This document shows, in pieces, positions 48,143-57,019 of a stretch of 64,000 bases of DNA; the stretch's first letter is position 1; each line of letters opens with the position of its first letter. Both the position numbers and the translations under genes were made by a program. Under the pieces are notes generated by a model. It made no database searches, was not told where the DNA came from, and saw nothing but the letters and a program-made list of their open reading frames with translations. The stretch lies in NCBI GenBank assembly GCA_913052575.1, contig CAJXFK010000001.1, positions 6,779 to 70,778 on the forward strand. Direction: 5' to 3'. Source of the stretch: an uncultured Planctomycetaceae bacterium. GTDB taxonomy: Bacteria > Planctomycetota > Planctomycetia > Pirellulales > UBA1268.

Positions 48143-49498
48143 ATGCCCGATTTATTTAGTGCGAAGCGAAAAGAGAATGTTGAGCGGGTAGCACCTCTTG
48201 CAGCTCGAATGAGACCTCGACGGTTGGCTGATTATGTTGGCCAAAACCAGATCATTGGCCCGGGGAAACTGTTGAGACGCTTGATCGAGGCAGATAGGCT
48301 TGGATCAATCATTCTCTATGGACCACCTGGGGTCGGTAAGACAACTCTCGGTGAAATTATTGCCACGGAGACGAAGAGGCGATTTGTCGAACTCTCTGCA
48401 ACAGCGTCTGGTGTGAAAGATCTTCGTGATGTCATTGAAAGTGCACGTCGTCGATTGGAGGATGATGCCTGTCGTACATGTCTATTTATTGATGAGATTC
48501 ATCGGTTTAATAAGTCGCAGCAAGATGTTCTTCTGCCGGATGTTGAAAATGGTGTTATAGCCCTGATTGGAGCAACAACTCAAAATCCATTTTTTGCACT
48601 CACTCCTGCGTTGGTAAGCAGGAGTCGTATCTTTGAACTTCAGTCACTGCTTCCGGAAGATATACAAGCGATCATTCGACATGCAATCGTCGACAAGATA
48701 CATGGATTTGGATTGCAAGATATTCAGCTCGATTCGGAGGCCCTCGAGTTTCTCGTGGAAACGGCTGACGGTGATGCTCGCCGAGCTCTTGGTGGGCTTG
48801 AAGTCGGAGTGCTCTCATCAAGTGACCGTCCATTAATCTTTACAAAAGAACTAGCCCGTGAGAGTGTTCAACGTAAAGCAATTGTGTATGACTCTGGAGA
48901 TACACACTATGACTGCGCAAGTGCGCTAATCAAGAGCATTCGTGGTAGTGATGTAGATGCAGGAATGTATTGGCTTGCTCGTATGCTTGAAGGTGGCGAA
49001 GATGTCCGTTTTTTATCCAGACGATTAGTTATTTTGGCGAGTGAGGATATTGGCAACGCAGACCCGCGATCACTGCTTGTAGCAACAGCAGCTATGCAGG
49101 CGATTGAATTTGTAGGTCTACCGGAATGCCAGCTTGCGCTGGCACAAGCTGTCTCATATCTTGCGTTAGCTCCGAAAAGCAATGCGTGTACGAGAGCTAT
49201 TGCAGAAGCGCGACATGATGTTCGTGAAAAATCTGTTTTGCCAGTACCGAGGCACCTGCAGGACAAGCACTATGCCGGAGCAAAAAGATTAGGTCGCGGT
49301 GAAGGATACGCCTATGCGCATGATGCACCTGATGCGATTGCAAAACAAGAATATTTAGGTGTCGAGCGATGTTATTATCGGCCGACGAATCGTGGTTTAG
49401 AGCGAGACCTTGGAGAACGGGTAGCTGAAATTAGGCGGCGTTTGAAGGAGTCTCGTCAGTTGCAAGTGGATGCCTCTGCGAGTGAAGCTCATGAATGA
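48143..49498 (+). CDS. rarA: Replication-associated recombination protein A (AAA+ ATPase RarA/MgsA)
   Basis: Walker A GPPGVGKTT, Walker B LFIDEIHRFNK, the MgsA C-terminal domain (HYDCASALIKSIRGSD.DAGMYWLARML) and RHLQD. ATG 48143 (GTG 48134 is the alternative). Confidence 0.9.
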   Translation: MPDLFSAKRKENVERVAPLAARMRPRRLADYVGQNQIIGPGKLLRRLIEADRLGSIILYGPPGVGKTTLGEIIATETKRRFVELSATASGVKDLRDVIESARRRLEDDACRTCLFIDEIHRFNKSQQDVLLPDVENGVIALIGATTQNPFFALTPALVSRSRIFELQSLLPEDIQAIIRHAIVDKIHGFGLQDIQLDSEALEFLVETADGDARRALGGLEVGVLSSSDRPLIFTKELARESVQRKAIVYDSGDTHYDCASALIKSIRGSDVDAGMYWLARMLEGGEDVRFLSRRLVILASEDIGNADPRSLLVATAAMQAIEFVGLPECQLALAQAVSYLALAPKSNACTRAIAEARHDVREKSVLPVPRHLQDKHYAGAKRLGRGEGYAYAHDAPDAIAKQEYLGVERCYYRPTNRGLERDLGERVAEIRRRLKESRQLQVDASASEAHE

Positions 49499-50279
49499 TC
49501 TCTTGCTGAAGAACTTTTTCAAGATGAGCTAGACTTCTTGCCACGACGGCGCCATCAATAACGCGATGGTCAGCGATAAGGGTAATCAAGCACCTGCCGT
49601 CAGCCTCAATTGGACGATATGAAATGCTGGTTGTGCAAAGTGTTGGATGGAAGTGATTGCTTGCACCGTAGCCTGCGAGTGTCGAGAGGCTAAATGTGCC
49701 AATACGAGAGCAGCGTTTATGAGATCCTGATCGATGATTCCAACGGAGGACGGCTTTTCGGAGAAAACCTGGTAGTAGTTCAAGTTCACGCTGTCGTTTG
49801 AATAGTTCCTCGATTGGCCCCGTACGGCAATTATCGATGAATCGTTGTATTTCAACAAGCGATTTTGTTTCTGGTTGATGAAGACGAGCCCAATAAAGTT
49901 GTTCATGATCATTGTCAGTACGATTCACCGCAAGTGTTGCCACATTGTGCTTTGTTGTTGCAATGCGTGGCCATAAGCCTGGCAAAAACCAGCTTCTTAG
50001 CGCTGGGTTTTCTTGAACAATTTTTCCGTAAGCTTTCAAGAAAATAGCTGCCCAGCCAATGCGGTGTGGACTGGCTAGCCTTGCTTCAGCGAGGTCAGTC
50101 AGATAACAAGACCGATCAACAGGAAATAGTGGGATATCCTTCGCCAACATTGCAATATCTGCAACGCAGCCACGATGCCCGTCACAGGGGCCGACGGTAA
50201 CAGAAGAATGTTGCATGCGGAGAAAACTACCGAATCGTGGCCAGAAAAACAGCAACGGCTGCCGTTTTACAGGGCTCAT
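49431..50279 (-). CDS. Stand-alone 2-oxoacid dehydrogenase E2-type acyltransferase catalytic domain protein
   Basis: 282-aa ORF with the E2/CAT-fold catalytic motif DHRVIDGAVVA. No lipoyl or E3-binding domain. It overlaps the rarA 3' end by 68 nt in convergent orientation. Confidence 0.6.
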   Translation of the reverse strand: MSPVKRQPLLFFWPRFGSFLRMQHSSVTVGPCDGHRGCVADIAMLAKDIPLFPVDRSCYLTDLAEARLASPHRIGWAAIFLKAYGKIVQENPALRSWFLPGLWPRIATTKHNVATLAVNRTDNDHEQLYWARLHQPETKSLVEIQRFIDNCRTGPIEELFKRQRELELLPGFLRKAVLRWNHRSGSHKRCSRIGTFSLSTLAGYGASNHFHPTLCTTSISYRPIEADGRCLITLIADHRVIDGAVVARSLAHLEKVLQQEIIHELHSQRHPLATDETPSNAA

Positions 50280-50386
50280 TGAAACGATTCAGTCGTTCTA
50301 TGGGAATGCCAGATTTTTAAACTGTGAGAAAAGAGGGGGAGTTGGCTGTTTTAAACCGAAAATTTGGTAGAATCAGGACTACACGT

Positions 50387-50461
50387 GGTGGTTGTAGCTC
50401 AGTTGGTTAGAGCGTCGGTTTGTGGTACCGAAGGTCGCGGGTTCGAGCCCCGTCATCCACC
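50387..50461 (+). tRNA. tRNA-His (anticodon GTG) with genome-encoded G-1
   Basis: Hand-folded cloverleaf. G-1 pairs with C73. Acceptor stem GTGGTTG/CATCCAC has one U-U mismatch. D arm GCTC..GAGC. Anticodon stem TCGGT/ACCGA with loop TTGTGGT. T arm GCGGG-TTCGAGC-CCCGT. CCA is not encoded. Confidence 0.85.
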
Positions 50462-50485
50462 CTCTTCCTCTACATGGGTTTAAGA

Positions 50486-50785
50486 ATGCCGAAGCCTATC
50501 TACCGTCCGTGGTTTGATGCAGCCACCGATTCACCTTTGTTAACCGAATATGCTCGTAAACTTGATTCATTCAATGATGTGCTCGCTGATCGAAAGGTGG
50601 AACGTGCTGAACTAGAGTTGCAGGAAAAACGTGTAGTAACTCTTATGAAAGAGGTCGAACCTCTGCTGGAGCCGGATGTCTATGAAAAAGTCACAGAGTT
50701 GCTGTGTGAAATTACTTCATACGACATGATGTCGGCTTTTCATCTTGCTTCAAAAGCTCGTGCCGGACGCACTCTGGACTCATGA
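50486..50785 (+). CDS. Small helical hypothetical protein
   Basis: ORF 50420..50785 starts inside the tRNA. Plausible starts are ATG 50474 or 50486 (MPKPIYRPWF...). No family recognised. Confidence 0.4.
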   Translation: MPKPIYRPWFDAATDSPLLTEYARKLDSFNDVLADRKVERAELELQEKRVVTLMKEVEPLLEPDVYEKVTELLCEITSYDMMSAFHLASKARAGRTLDS

Positions 50786-50934
50786 TTGCAGAGCCAGATG
50801 GCAACATCTCGGGGATTTTGTGTCATTTCATGTTTGTATAGTCTGACAGTCACTGGTGGATCTCGATAGGGTATACAAGTTAATATCTTATCTCACCGGT
50901 ATTTCTTTCCAAGGCAATTCCCTGGCTAGGTATC

Positions 50935-52089
50935 ATGGCAAAAAAAATAACAAAACGAAGTAGTTCCCGTAGCACCAGTACAACTGCCACACTGCCACCA
51001 GTCGATAAGAAAACTCGAAAACTTATTGTTGGCCTGGCAGATGAGGTTGAGAAGGCTGCCGAGAAGCGACGTGACCCACATCTCGATATTCCAACTCGGA
51101 GCCTTTCGAATGTTCGGTTCAATAAGTCACGAAAAATTATTGAAATGGGTGGTCAGAAGAATCGACGACATCTTTTTAATCTCAGCCAAGCAAAGAGCTA
51201 TATGCAAACGCTTCTTGTAGCAACGGGTTGCAAGTCACTTATCGACCAGCAGAAGACAACAAGCATTCGAGGGTTGTACTATCTTCTCAAGCACACTATT
51301 GAGGGGACACGTGAAGAAACGTTTGGCGGACAAGACGAATGTGATCCAATTATCGAAGATCTTGAAGTGACGCTCGAGAGTCTCCGAGAGCAGTTGCACG
51401 TCTATGCAAGTAATCGTGGTGGAATGGTTGGCCCAATTAAGCTGATTGATTCTGGAGATGAAATTGACTGCTCTAGAATGGGCTCAGGTGGGTACAGCAT
51501 TCCTTCAATTGTTGAAGAAGAAGTTATTAGTTTCAAGAAATGTACCGCAAAATTTATTCTTCATGTCGAGAAAGATACGGTGTGGCGACGTTTCAATGAG
51601 GATAAGTTTTGGAGGACGCATAACTGCCTTTTGACCCATGGTGGAGGGCAGCCCCCTCGTGGGGTGCGGCGGATGCTTTATCGACTTCATCATGAACTCA
51701 AACTTCCCGTGTATTGCTTGCTCGATAATGATCCTTGGGGGTATTACATTTATTCTGTGCTGAAGCAGGGTTCAATTAATCTTGCTTATGAGTCAAAGCG
51801 GATGGCAATTCCATCAGCAAAATTTCTTGGGTTGCGATCGATCGACTATGAAAAATGTCAACTTGCTCCGAGCGTTCAAATTGCACTCAGTGACTCAGAT
51901 GTGAAAAGAGCAAAGCAGATTGCCGCGTATCCGTGGTTTGCTGCAAAGAAGGCGTGGCAGAAAGAGATTCACAAGATGCTCTCCAATGGCTTTAAACTCG
52001 AGGTGGAGTCATTGATCTCGAAGGACATTAGCTATGTCACGGAGGTTTATACGCCAGAACGATTAGCTGATCATGACTGGTTAGACTAA
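50935..52089 (+). CDS. top6A: Type IIB DNA topoisomerase (topoisomerase VI) subunit A / Spo11-like protein
   Basis: 384-aa ORF. The 5Y-CAP region carries the catalytic-Tyr motif TTSIRGLYYLLKH. Toprim elements are FILHVEKDTVW (Glu), GGGQPPRGVRRML and LLDNDPWGYYIY (DxD). Length and order match archaeal Top6A. Confidence 0.85.
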   Translation: MAKKITKRSSSRSTSTTATLPPVDKKTRKLIVGLADEVEKAAEKRRDPHLDIPTRSLSNVRFNKSRKIIEMGGQKNRRHLFNLSQAKSYMQTLLVATGCKSLIDQQKTTSIRGLYYLLKHTIEGTREETFGGQDECDPIIEDLEVTLESLREQLHVYASNRGGMVGPIKLIDSGDEIDCSRMGSGGYSIPSIVEEEVISFKKCTAKFILHVEKDTVWRRFNEDKFWRTHNCLLTHGGGQPPRGVRRMLYRLHHELKLPVYCLLDNDPWGYYIYSVLKQGSINLAYESKRMAIPSAKFLGLRSIDYEKCQLAPSVQIALSDSDVKRAKQIAAYPWFAAKKAWQKEIHKMLSNGFKLEVESLISKDISYVTEVYTPERLADHDWLD

Positions 52090-52135
52090 GAAACGGCTTC
52101 TATCACGTGCCAATGCATTGTTTTTCAATTTGTTA

Positions 52136-53407
52136 TTAGCACCGAACGTCGTCAGCACGACCAATAAGCCCAGTTCGTTTAACATGTTGAGGTTGTCCTA
52201 TTGCATCGGAGCCTTTGTCCATGCCTTCGAATTCTTCCGGTACTGGCGATCTGCCAAAGAATTCTGCTATTCGACCAACAACGGTAGCTTGCTCTGCTGG
52301 TGTAAGCTCCGCAAAAATTGGAAGAGCAAGTGTTTCTTTGGCTGCATATTCAGTGATTGGAAGATCACCCATTTTCCAGCCAAAATTATCGAAGCATTTT
52401 TGTAAGTGGAGCGGAACAGGATAATAAATTTCTGTCCCAACACCAGACGCTGTTAAATGCTCTCGCAGGGCATCTCGCTTTCCATCTGCAACACGAATAA
52501 CATATTGGTTCCATACGTGCCTTCCGCGAGTATCAATTTTTGGTGACGTAATAGCATCATGAAGTTCACAATGATTGAACATCTCTGTATATCGAATAGC
52601 ATTTTGTGCTCGTTGATTCGTCCAATCATCCAGAAGCGGGAGTTTAATGCGAAGGACAGCGGCTTGAAGTGAGTCAAGCCGACTATTGATGCCAACAACA
52701 TCGTGATAATAGCGAGGCTCCATGCCATGAACTCGGAGTTTTCGGAGCGATTCAGCGAGATCATCACGTGTCGTTGTGAGAAAGCCTCCATCACCGAATC
52801 CACCAAGGTTTTTTGTCGGATAAAAACTGAAGCATCCTACATCACCGAGTCCACCACTACACTTCCCGTGCCAAGTTGATAGCACTGACTGAGCCGCATC
52901 TTCGATAATCGGAATTCCTGCCTGTTTTGCAATAGGCAGTATCGCATCCATATCCACAGTTTGCCCAAAGAGATGTACGGGGATAATAGCACGCGTTCGA
53001 GAAGTGATTCTGCGGCGAAGATCATCAGGATCAATGAGAAATGTACTTGGATCAATATCAGCAAATATTGGTATACCACCAAGCCGCGTTACTGCGCTTG
53101 CTGTTGCGAAAAATGTATAACTCGGGAGGATGACCTCTTCACCTGGCTGGATGTTGATGGCCATGAGTGCGAGTAAGAGAGAATCGCTCCCTGATGCGCA
53201 ACCGATAACATGCGGGACATCGAGAATCTCTGAGAGCTCTTCCTCCAAAGCTGTTACATCCGGTCCAAGAACAAAGCGACCTGAATCACAGACATCGTCC
53301 ATGACCTGGCGAAACTGCTCTCGAAGCGGGCCATTTTGGCGATCTATGGCGAGGAGAGGAACGTTTGGGAGAAAGCCTGTTGAGTCTGAACTAGGGCCGG
53401 ATGTCAT
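52136..53407 (-). CDS. DegT/DnrJ/EryC1/StrS-family PLP-dependent aminotransferase
   Basis: 423-aa ORF with family blocks GPDVTALEEELSEIL, GSDSLLLAL, PSYTFFATASAV, IIEDAAQS and FSFYPTKNLGGFGDGG (PLP Lys). Confidence 0.85.
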   Translation of the reverse strand: MTSGPSSDSTGFLPNVPLLAIDRQNGPLREQFRQVMDDVCDSGRFVLGPDVTALEEELSEILDVPHVIGCASGSDSLLLALMAINIQPGEEVILPSYTFFATASAVTRLGGIPIFADIDPSTFLIDPDDLRRRITSRTRAIIPVHLFGQTVDMDAILPIAKQAGIPIIEDAAQSVLSTWHGKCSGGLGDVGCFSFYPTKNLGGFGDGGFLTTTRDDLAESLRKLRVHGMEPRYYHDVVGINSRLDSLQAAVLRIKLPLLDDWTNQRAQNAIRYTEMFNHCELHDAITSPKIDTRGRHVWNQYVIRVADGKRDALREHLTASGVGTEIYYPVPLHLQKCFDNFGWKMGDLPITEYAAKETLALPIFAELTPAEQATVVGRIAEFFGRSPVPEEFEGMDKGSDAIGQPQHVKRTGLIGRADDVRC

Positions 53408-53873
53408 TGCTTCATTGTCTCCACTGTTCAGCAGGGCTCATTTCGGCAGAAGATCCGCCGTTTGGTATGTAAATCGTCATGTTTGATCCCGGCTCTCCAG
53501 TTCGAAAAATCGATTTTCTGCCCTGCAGAGCCTTGCGTATTAGTAGGGGGTGAATATTTTGCAAGTGGGTTGAGTGTCAAGACCAAGCTTTGTAGGAGTA
53601 AGAACGGGAAGCTTGGGCAGGCTTGGTGGTTTGACAACGCCACCCATTGCACTCTACATTCATCGGAATAGTCGTGTGGTTTGTTCCGCACCGTACCCTT
53701 GTTCTTTTGTTCCAAAACGTCATCATCAAAATGGTGTTCTGGTCGGGAAGAACAAGATCGCTAGTCTTAGAGTAATTGTTATTTAGGTTGCGGTGAATTT
53801 TTTGAAAATCAGCACTGAATGCCAATTTGCTCGAGGGCTACATTTCTTTACTGTTTGAAAACCGGCGGGGCGG

Positions 53874-56687
53874 ATGGGTTCCACGACCGTCATTGACTTA
53901 GGAAAAATCGCGAAGCGGCTAGGACTGCCCGAGTTGGGTATTCTTGCTGCAGTGCAATTACTCGATGAAGGGAACACTGTCCCCTTCATTACCCGATATC
54001 GTCGAGATCAAACAGGGGGCCTCGATGAACTGCAACTTCGAAGTATCACTGATGCTGTAGGTAGAGCTCGCCAATTAGCTGACCGAAAACAGACTATTCT
54101 CCGAACCATTGATGGGCAGGGCAGACTTACCTCTGAACTGCAAGAGGCAATCGATGCGGCTGAGAGTACAAAAATACTCGAAGATATCTATCTTCCTTTT
54201 AAACCCAAACGCCTCTCCCTTGCAGAGCAAGCAAAACAAAAAAGGTTAGAGCCACTTGCGAACGAGATACTCGCGGCAGATTCTCAGGCGGAAGATTTAG
54301 AGAAAAGGGCAGCAGATTTTGTCGATGACGACTCTGGCGTTGCCTCTGCAGCAGATGCCTTGCTTGGCGTGGGTCATATCATTGCAGATCTTTTTAGTTC
54401 TCGAGCCGATGTAAGGCAGCGTTTGCGGAAGCTTCTGTTCCAGAAAGGGCGACTTCGTAGCCTGCGTATTGAAACACCTGGCAAAGCACTAACTAAAACA
54501 GCGAAACATTTTCGGGATTATTTTGATTTCGATGAGCATCTTCAGAAAGTTCCACCTCATCGTGTTCTGGCAATGAATCGAGGAGAAAGAGCAAAGGTTT
54601 TGCGAGTCCGTATCGAGGGTCCAACAGAAGAAATTCAGAAAATAGCTGACGAATTAGTTATTACTGCGGGTCATCCTCACGTGGAATTTCTCAAAGGTTG
54701 TTGCCGTGATGCGCTTTCACGATTGATTTTGCCGAGTCTTGAACGTGAGGTGCGGCGGGAGATGACTGATGCGTCCGAGGAGCACGCGATTGCAGTTTTC
54801 GCTCGCAACTTAAGAAACCTTTTGTTGCAGCCTATGGTTACCGGCCGAATTGTTCTTGCAATCGATCCTGGCTTTAAGAGTGGTTGCAAAGCAGTAGTGC
54901 TTGATTCTTGCGGCAATCCGTTGGCTCATGACATTCTGCATATCGTTGGTAAAGCAGAACAGAAAAAAGCAGCAGGTTCTCGTGTTATTGAATTGGTTCG
55001 TGAGCACGGTTGTAAGGTGATTGCGGTTGGAAACGGAACGGCGGGGAGAGAAGTAGAGTCCTTGCTGTCAGAGCTCATAGTGGGTGAATTAAAAGAAGAT
55101 GATATTGCGTATGTGATTGTGAATGAGGCAGGAGCGAGTGTCTATTCTACAAGTCAATATGCACGCGAGGAATTACCAGATTTTGAAGCAGCATTTCGGG
55201 GTGCAGTTTCGATTGGTCGTCGATTACTCGATCCGCTCTCAGAGCTTGTAAAAATTGAGCCCGCAAATATTGGAGTCGGTCTGTATCAGCATGACGTCAA
55301 AGCGCGACATCTTCACACATCACTCGATGCAGTAGTTGAAGGTTGTGTTAATTATGTCGGCGTCGATGTGAATACTGCGAGTCCGGCACTGTTACGTTAT
55401 GTGGCTGGTCTTAATCAGGCTGTTGCAAAAGGCATTATTGAATGGCGTGCTGCAAAGGGTCCGTTTACTTCACGAGAACAGTTTCGTGAGGTGCCTGGTT
55501 TTGGTGATGCGGCATTTGTGCAAGCAGTTGGTTTTTTGAAAATAGCTGACGGTATGAATCCACTTGATTCGACACGAATTCATCCGGAAAGCTATCAAGT
55601 TGCCGAACGACTGCTGGAAAAAATGGATACATCGTCGGCTGAATTGGTTGATCGTGATAAACACCAAAAGATTACTGATGCGGTGAGTAAAATTGATCTT
55701 TCTGCAGTGGCCGATGAATTAGGCGTTGGGCGATTATTGCTTGCTGATATTGTTGAGCAATTCGTTCGTCCAGGTCGGGATCCACGTGAGGATCTTCCTG
55801 AGCCTCTGTTTAAGCAGGGTGTGCTTAAGTTTGAGGACCTTGAGGTCGGTATGGAACTACGAGGATCGGTGCTAAATGTTGTTGATTTTGGTGTTTTCGT
55901 TGATATCGGTTTGCACGACAGTGGGCTTGTACACGTCAGTCAGCTTTCAAGCGGGTTCATACGGGATCCACATGCAGCAGTTGTTGTTGGCCAAGCAGTC
56001 AGGGTCTGGGTCCTCGAACTTGATAAAACTCGTCGCCGTGTAGCCTTGACTATGATTAAGCCTGGTACAAAGCCGGTTCATGGAGCAAGTAGAGGCCGGC
56101 AGCAGAATTCTAAAAAGAAATCCGTTGAAGGTACGTCGCAGAACAATTCAGGAGAGTTCAAGAGGAGTGTAAAAAGTGGACGTGGTCATCGAAATTCTAG
56201 TGATAATGAAAGAAAAGGAAGAAAGCAATTTCGTGGACCTCGCACATACACATCTCGTCCGGGTCGTAAGGCAAAGAAAGCTATTACTGCAGAAATGAAG
56301 ACCGGTCAGGAACCATTACGAACATTCGGTGATTTAAAACAGTTTTTTGATATTCAAGCAGGTGCCGATGACACCTCGGATAAAAATCATAAAAAGAAGC
56401 AAAAGAAAGACAATGAAACGCAAGAAACTGCCTTAAAAAAAACGGTAACAAGCAATGCTGACCAAGAAGATCCCGGTACTCCTTCGTCAACAGTATCAGT
56501 AACTGACAGTAAAGAAGAGCAGCCCTCGGCTGTAGAAGTTGTCACAGAAACTATGCCGGCCCAAGATACAACTGGACTTGAAACAGACGGCTCCACACGG
56601 GCGCCTTCGTCCGAAGTTCATGACTCGAATGAGGCATCTCATGAACAACAATCGAGTGAGGGTTCTTCAGAAGAGTCTGCTCAGTAG
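53874..56687 (+). CDS. tex: Tex-like RNA-binding transcription accessory protein with long low-complexity C-terminal tail
   Basis: Tex N-terminus (AAVQLLDEGNTVPFITRYRRDQTGGLDE), YqgF/RuvC-like core (LAIDPGFKSGCK), HhH region, and S1 domain (GMELRGSVLNVVDFGVFVDIG). About 200 Lys/Ser/Glu-rich residues follow. Confidence 0.9.
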   Translation: MGSTTVIDLGKIAKRLGLPELGILAAVQLLDEGNTVPFITRYRRDQTGGLDELQLRSITDAVGRARQLADRKQTILRTIDGQGRLTSELQEAIDAAESTKILEDIYLPFKPKRLSLAEQAKQKRLEPLANEILAADSQAEDLEKRAADFVDDDSGVASAADALLGVGHIIADLFSSRADVRQRLRKLLFQKGRLRSLRIETPGKALTKTAKHFRDYFDFDEHLQKVPPHRVLAMNRGERAKVLRVRIEGPTEEIQKIADELVITAGHPHVEFLKGCCRDALSRLILPSLEREVRREMTDASEEHAIAVFARNLRNLLLQPMVTGRIVLAIDPGFKSGCKAVVLDSCGNPLAHDILHIVGKAEQKKAAGSRVIELVREHGCKVIAVGNGTAGREVESLLSELIVGELKEDDIAYVIVNEAGASVYSTSQYAREELPDFEAAFRGAVSIGRRLLDPLSELVKIEPANIGVGLYQHDVKARHLHTSLDAVVEGCVNYVGVDVNTASPALLRYVAGLNQAVAKGIIEWRAAKGPFTSREQFREVPGFGDAAFVQAVGFLKIADGMNPLDSTRIHPESYQVAERLLEKMDTSSAELVDRDKHQKITDAVSKIDLSAVADELGVGRLLLADIVEQFVRPGRDPREDLPEPLFKQGVLKFEDLEVGMELRGSVLNVVDFGVFVDIGLHDSGLVHVSQLSSGFIRDPHAAVVVGQAVRVWVLELDKTRRRVALTMIKPGTKPVHGASRGRQQNSKKKSVEGTSQNNSGEFKRSVKSGRGHRNSSDNERKGRKQFRGPRTYTSRPGRKAKKAITAEMKTGQEPLRTFGDLKQFFDIQAGADDTSDKNHKKKQKKDNETQETALKKTVTSNADQEDPGTPSSTVSVTDSKEEQPSAVEVVTETMPAQDTTGLETDGSTRAPSSEVHDSNEASHEQQSSEGSSEESAQ

Positions 56688-56717
56688 TGTCATTAAATTC
56701 TTCATGACGACTAGGGC

Positions 56718-56939
56718 CTAGCGTTCACGGAACGTTATTCGGCCCTTTGTGAGGTCGTAAGGAGATAATTCAACCTTAACCTTATCTCCAGGAACGATTC
56801 GAATGAAATTCTTTCGCATTTTTCCAGCCACGTGAGCATTGACGATGTGTCCGCCCTCAATTTGAACTCGGAATCGGGTGTTTGCCAATGCTTGCGTAAC
56901 AACGCCTTCGACCTCAAGAGCTTGTTCTTTTTCCGCCAT
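56718..56939 (-). CDS. infA: Translation initiation factor IF-1
   Basis: The 73-aa [67 protein letters not shown], is unmistakably IF-1. Confidence 0.95.
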   Translation of the reverse strand: MAEKEQALEVEGVVTQALANTRFRVQIEGGHIVNAHVAGKMRKNFIRIVPGDKVKVELSPYDLTKGRITFRER

Positions 56940-57019
56940 GTGAATCCTATAGAAATTGAATTGTAGTTAACTCGACTGTATCCTGCCCGAGGAGAAACGT
57001 CTAGTCAGAGTCCGCGGGC

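Noticed and set aside
49431-49498. 68-nt convergent overlap of rarA and the E2-like acyltransferase as a possible mis-assembly or frameshift.
   Set aside because: Both proteins are complete through their conserved cores. Only their unconserved C-terminal tails overlap, which is unusual but needs no error.
50420-50473. ORF 50420..50785 starting inside tRNA-His.
   Set aside because: The first 18 codons are simply the 3' half of the tRNA read as protein. If the small protein is real, it must start at ATG 50474 or 50486.
50280-52135. tRNA-His-associated genomic island carrying the Top6A gene.
   Set aside because: There is no integrase, recombinase or transposase. I could not find a repeat of the tRNA 3' end downstream. 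The acquisition hypothesis therefore remains unsupported from this window alone.
53428-53715. 95-aa minus-strand ORF in the degT-tex gap.
   Set aside because: No start-site context, odd composition and no motif. The overlapping plus-strand ORFs are equally long, which suggests chance ORFs in non-coding DNA.
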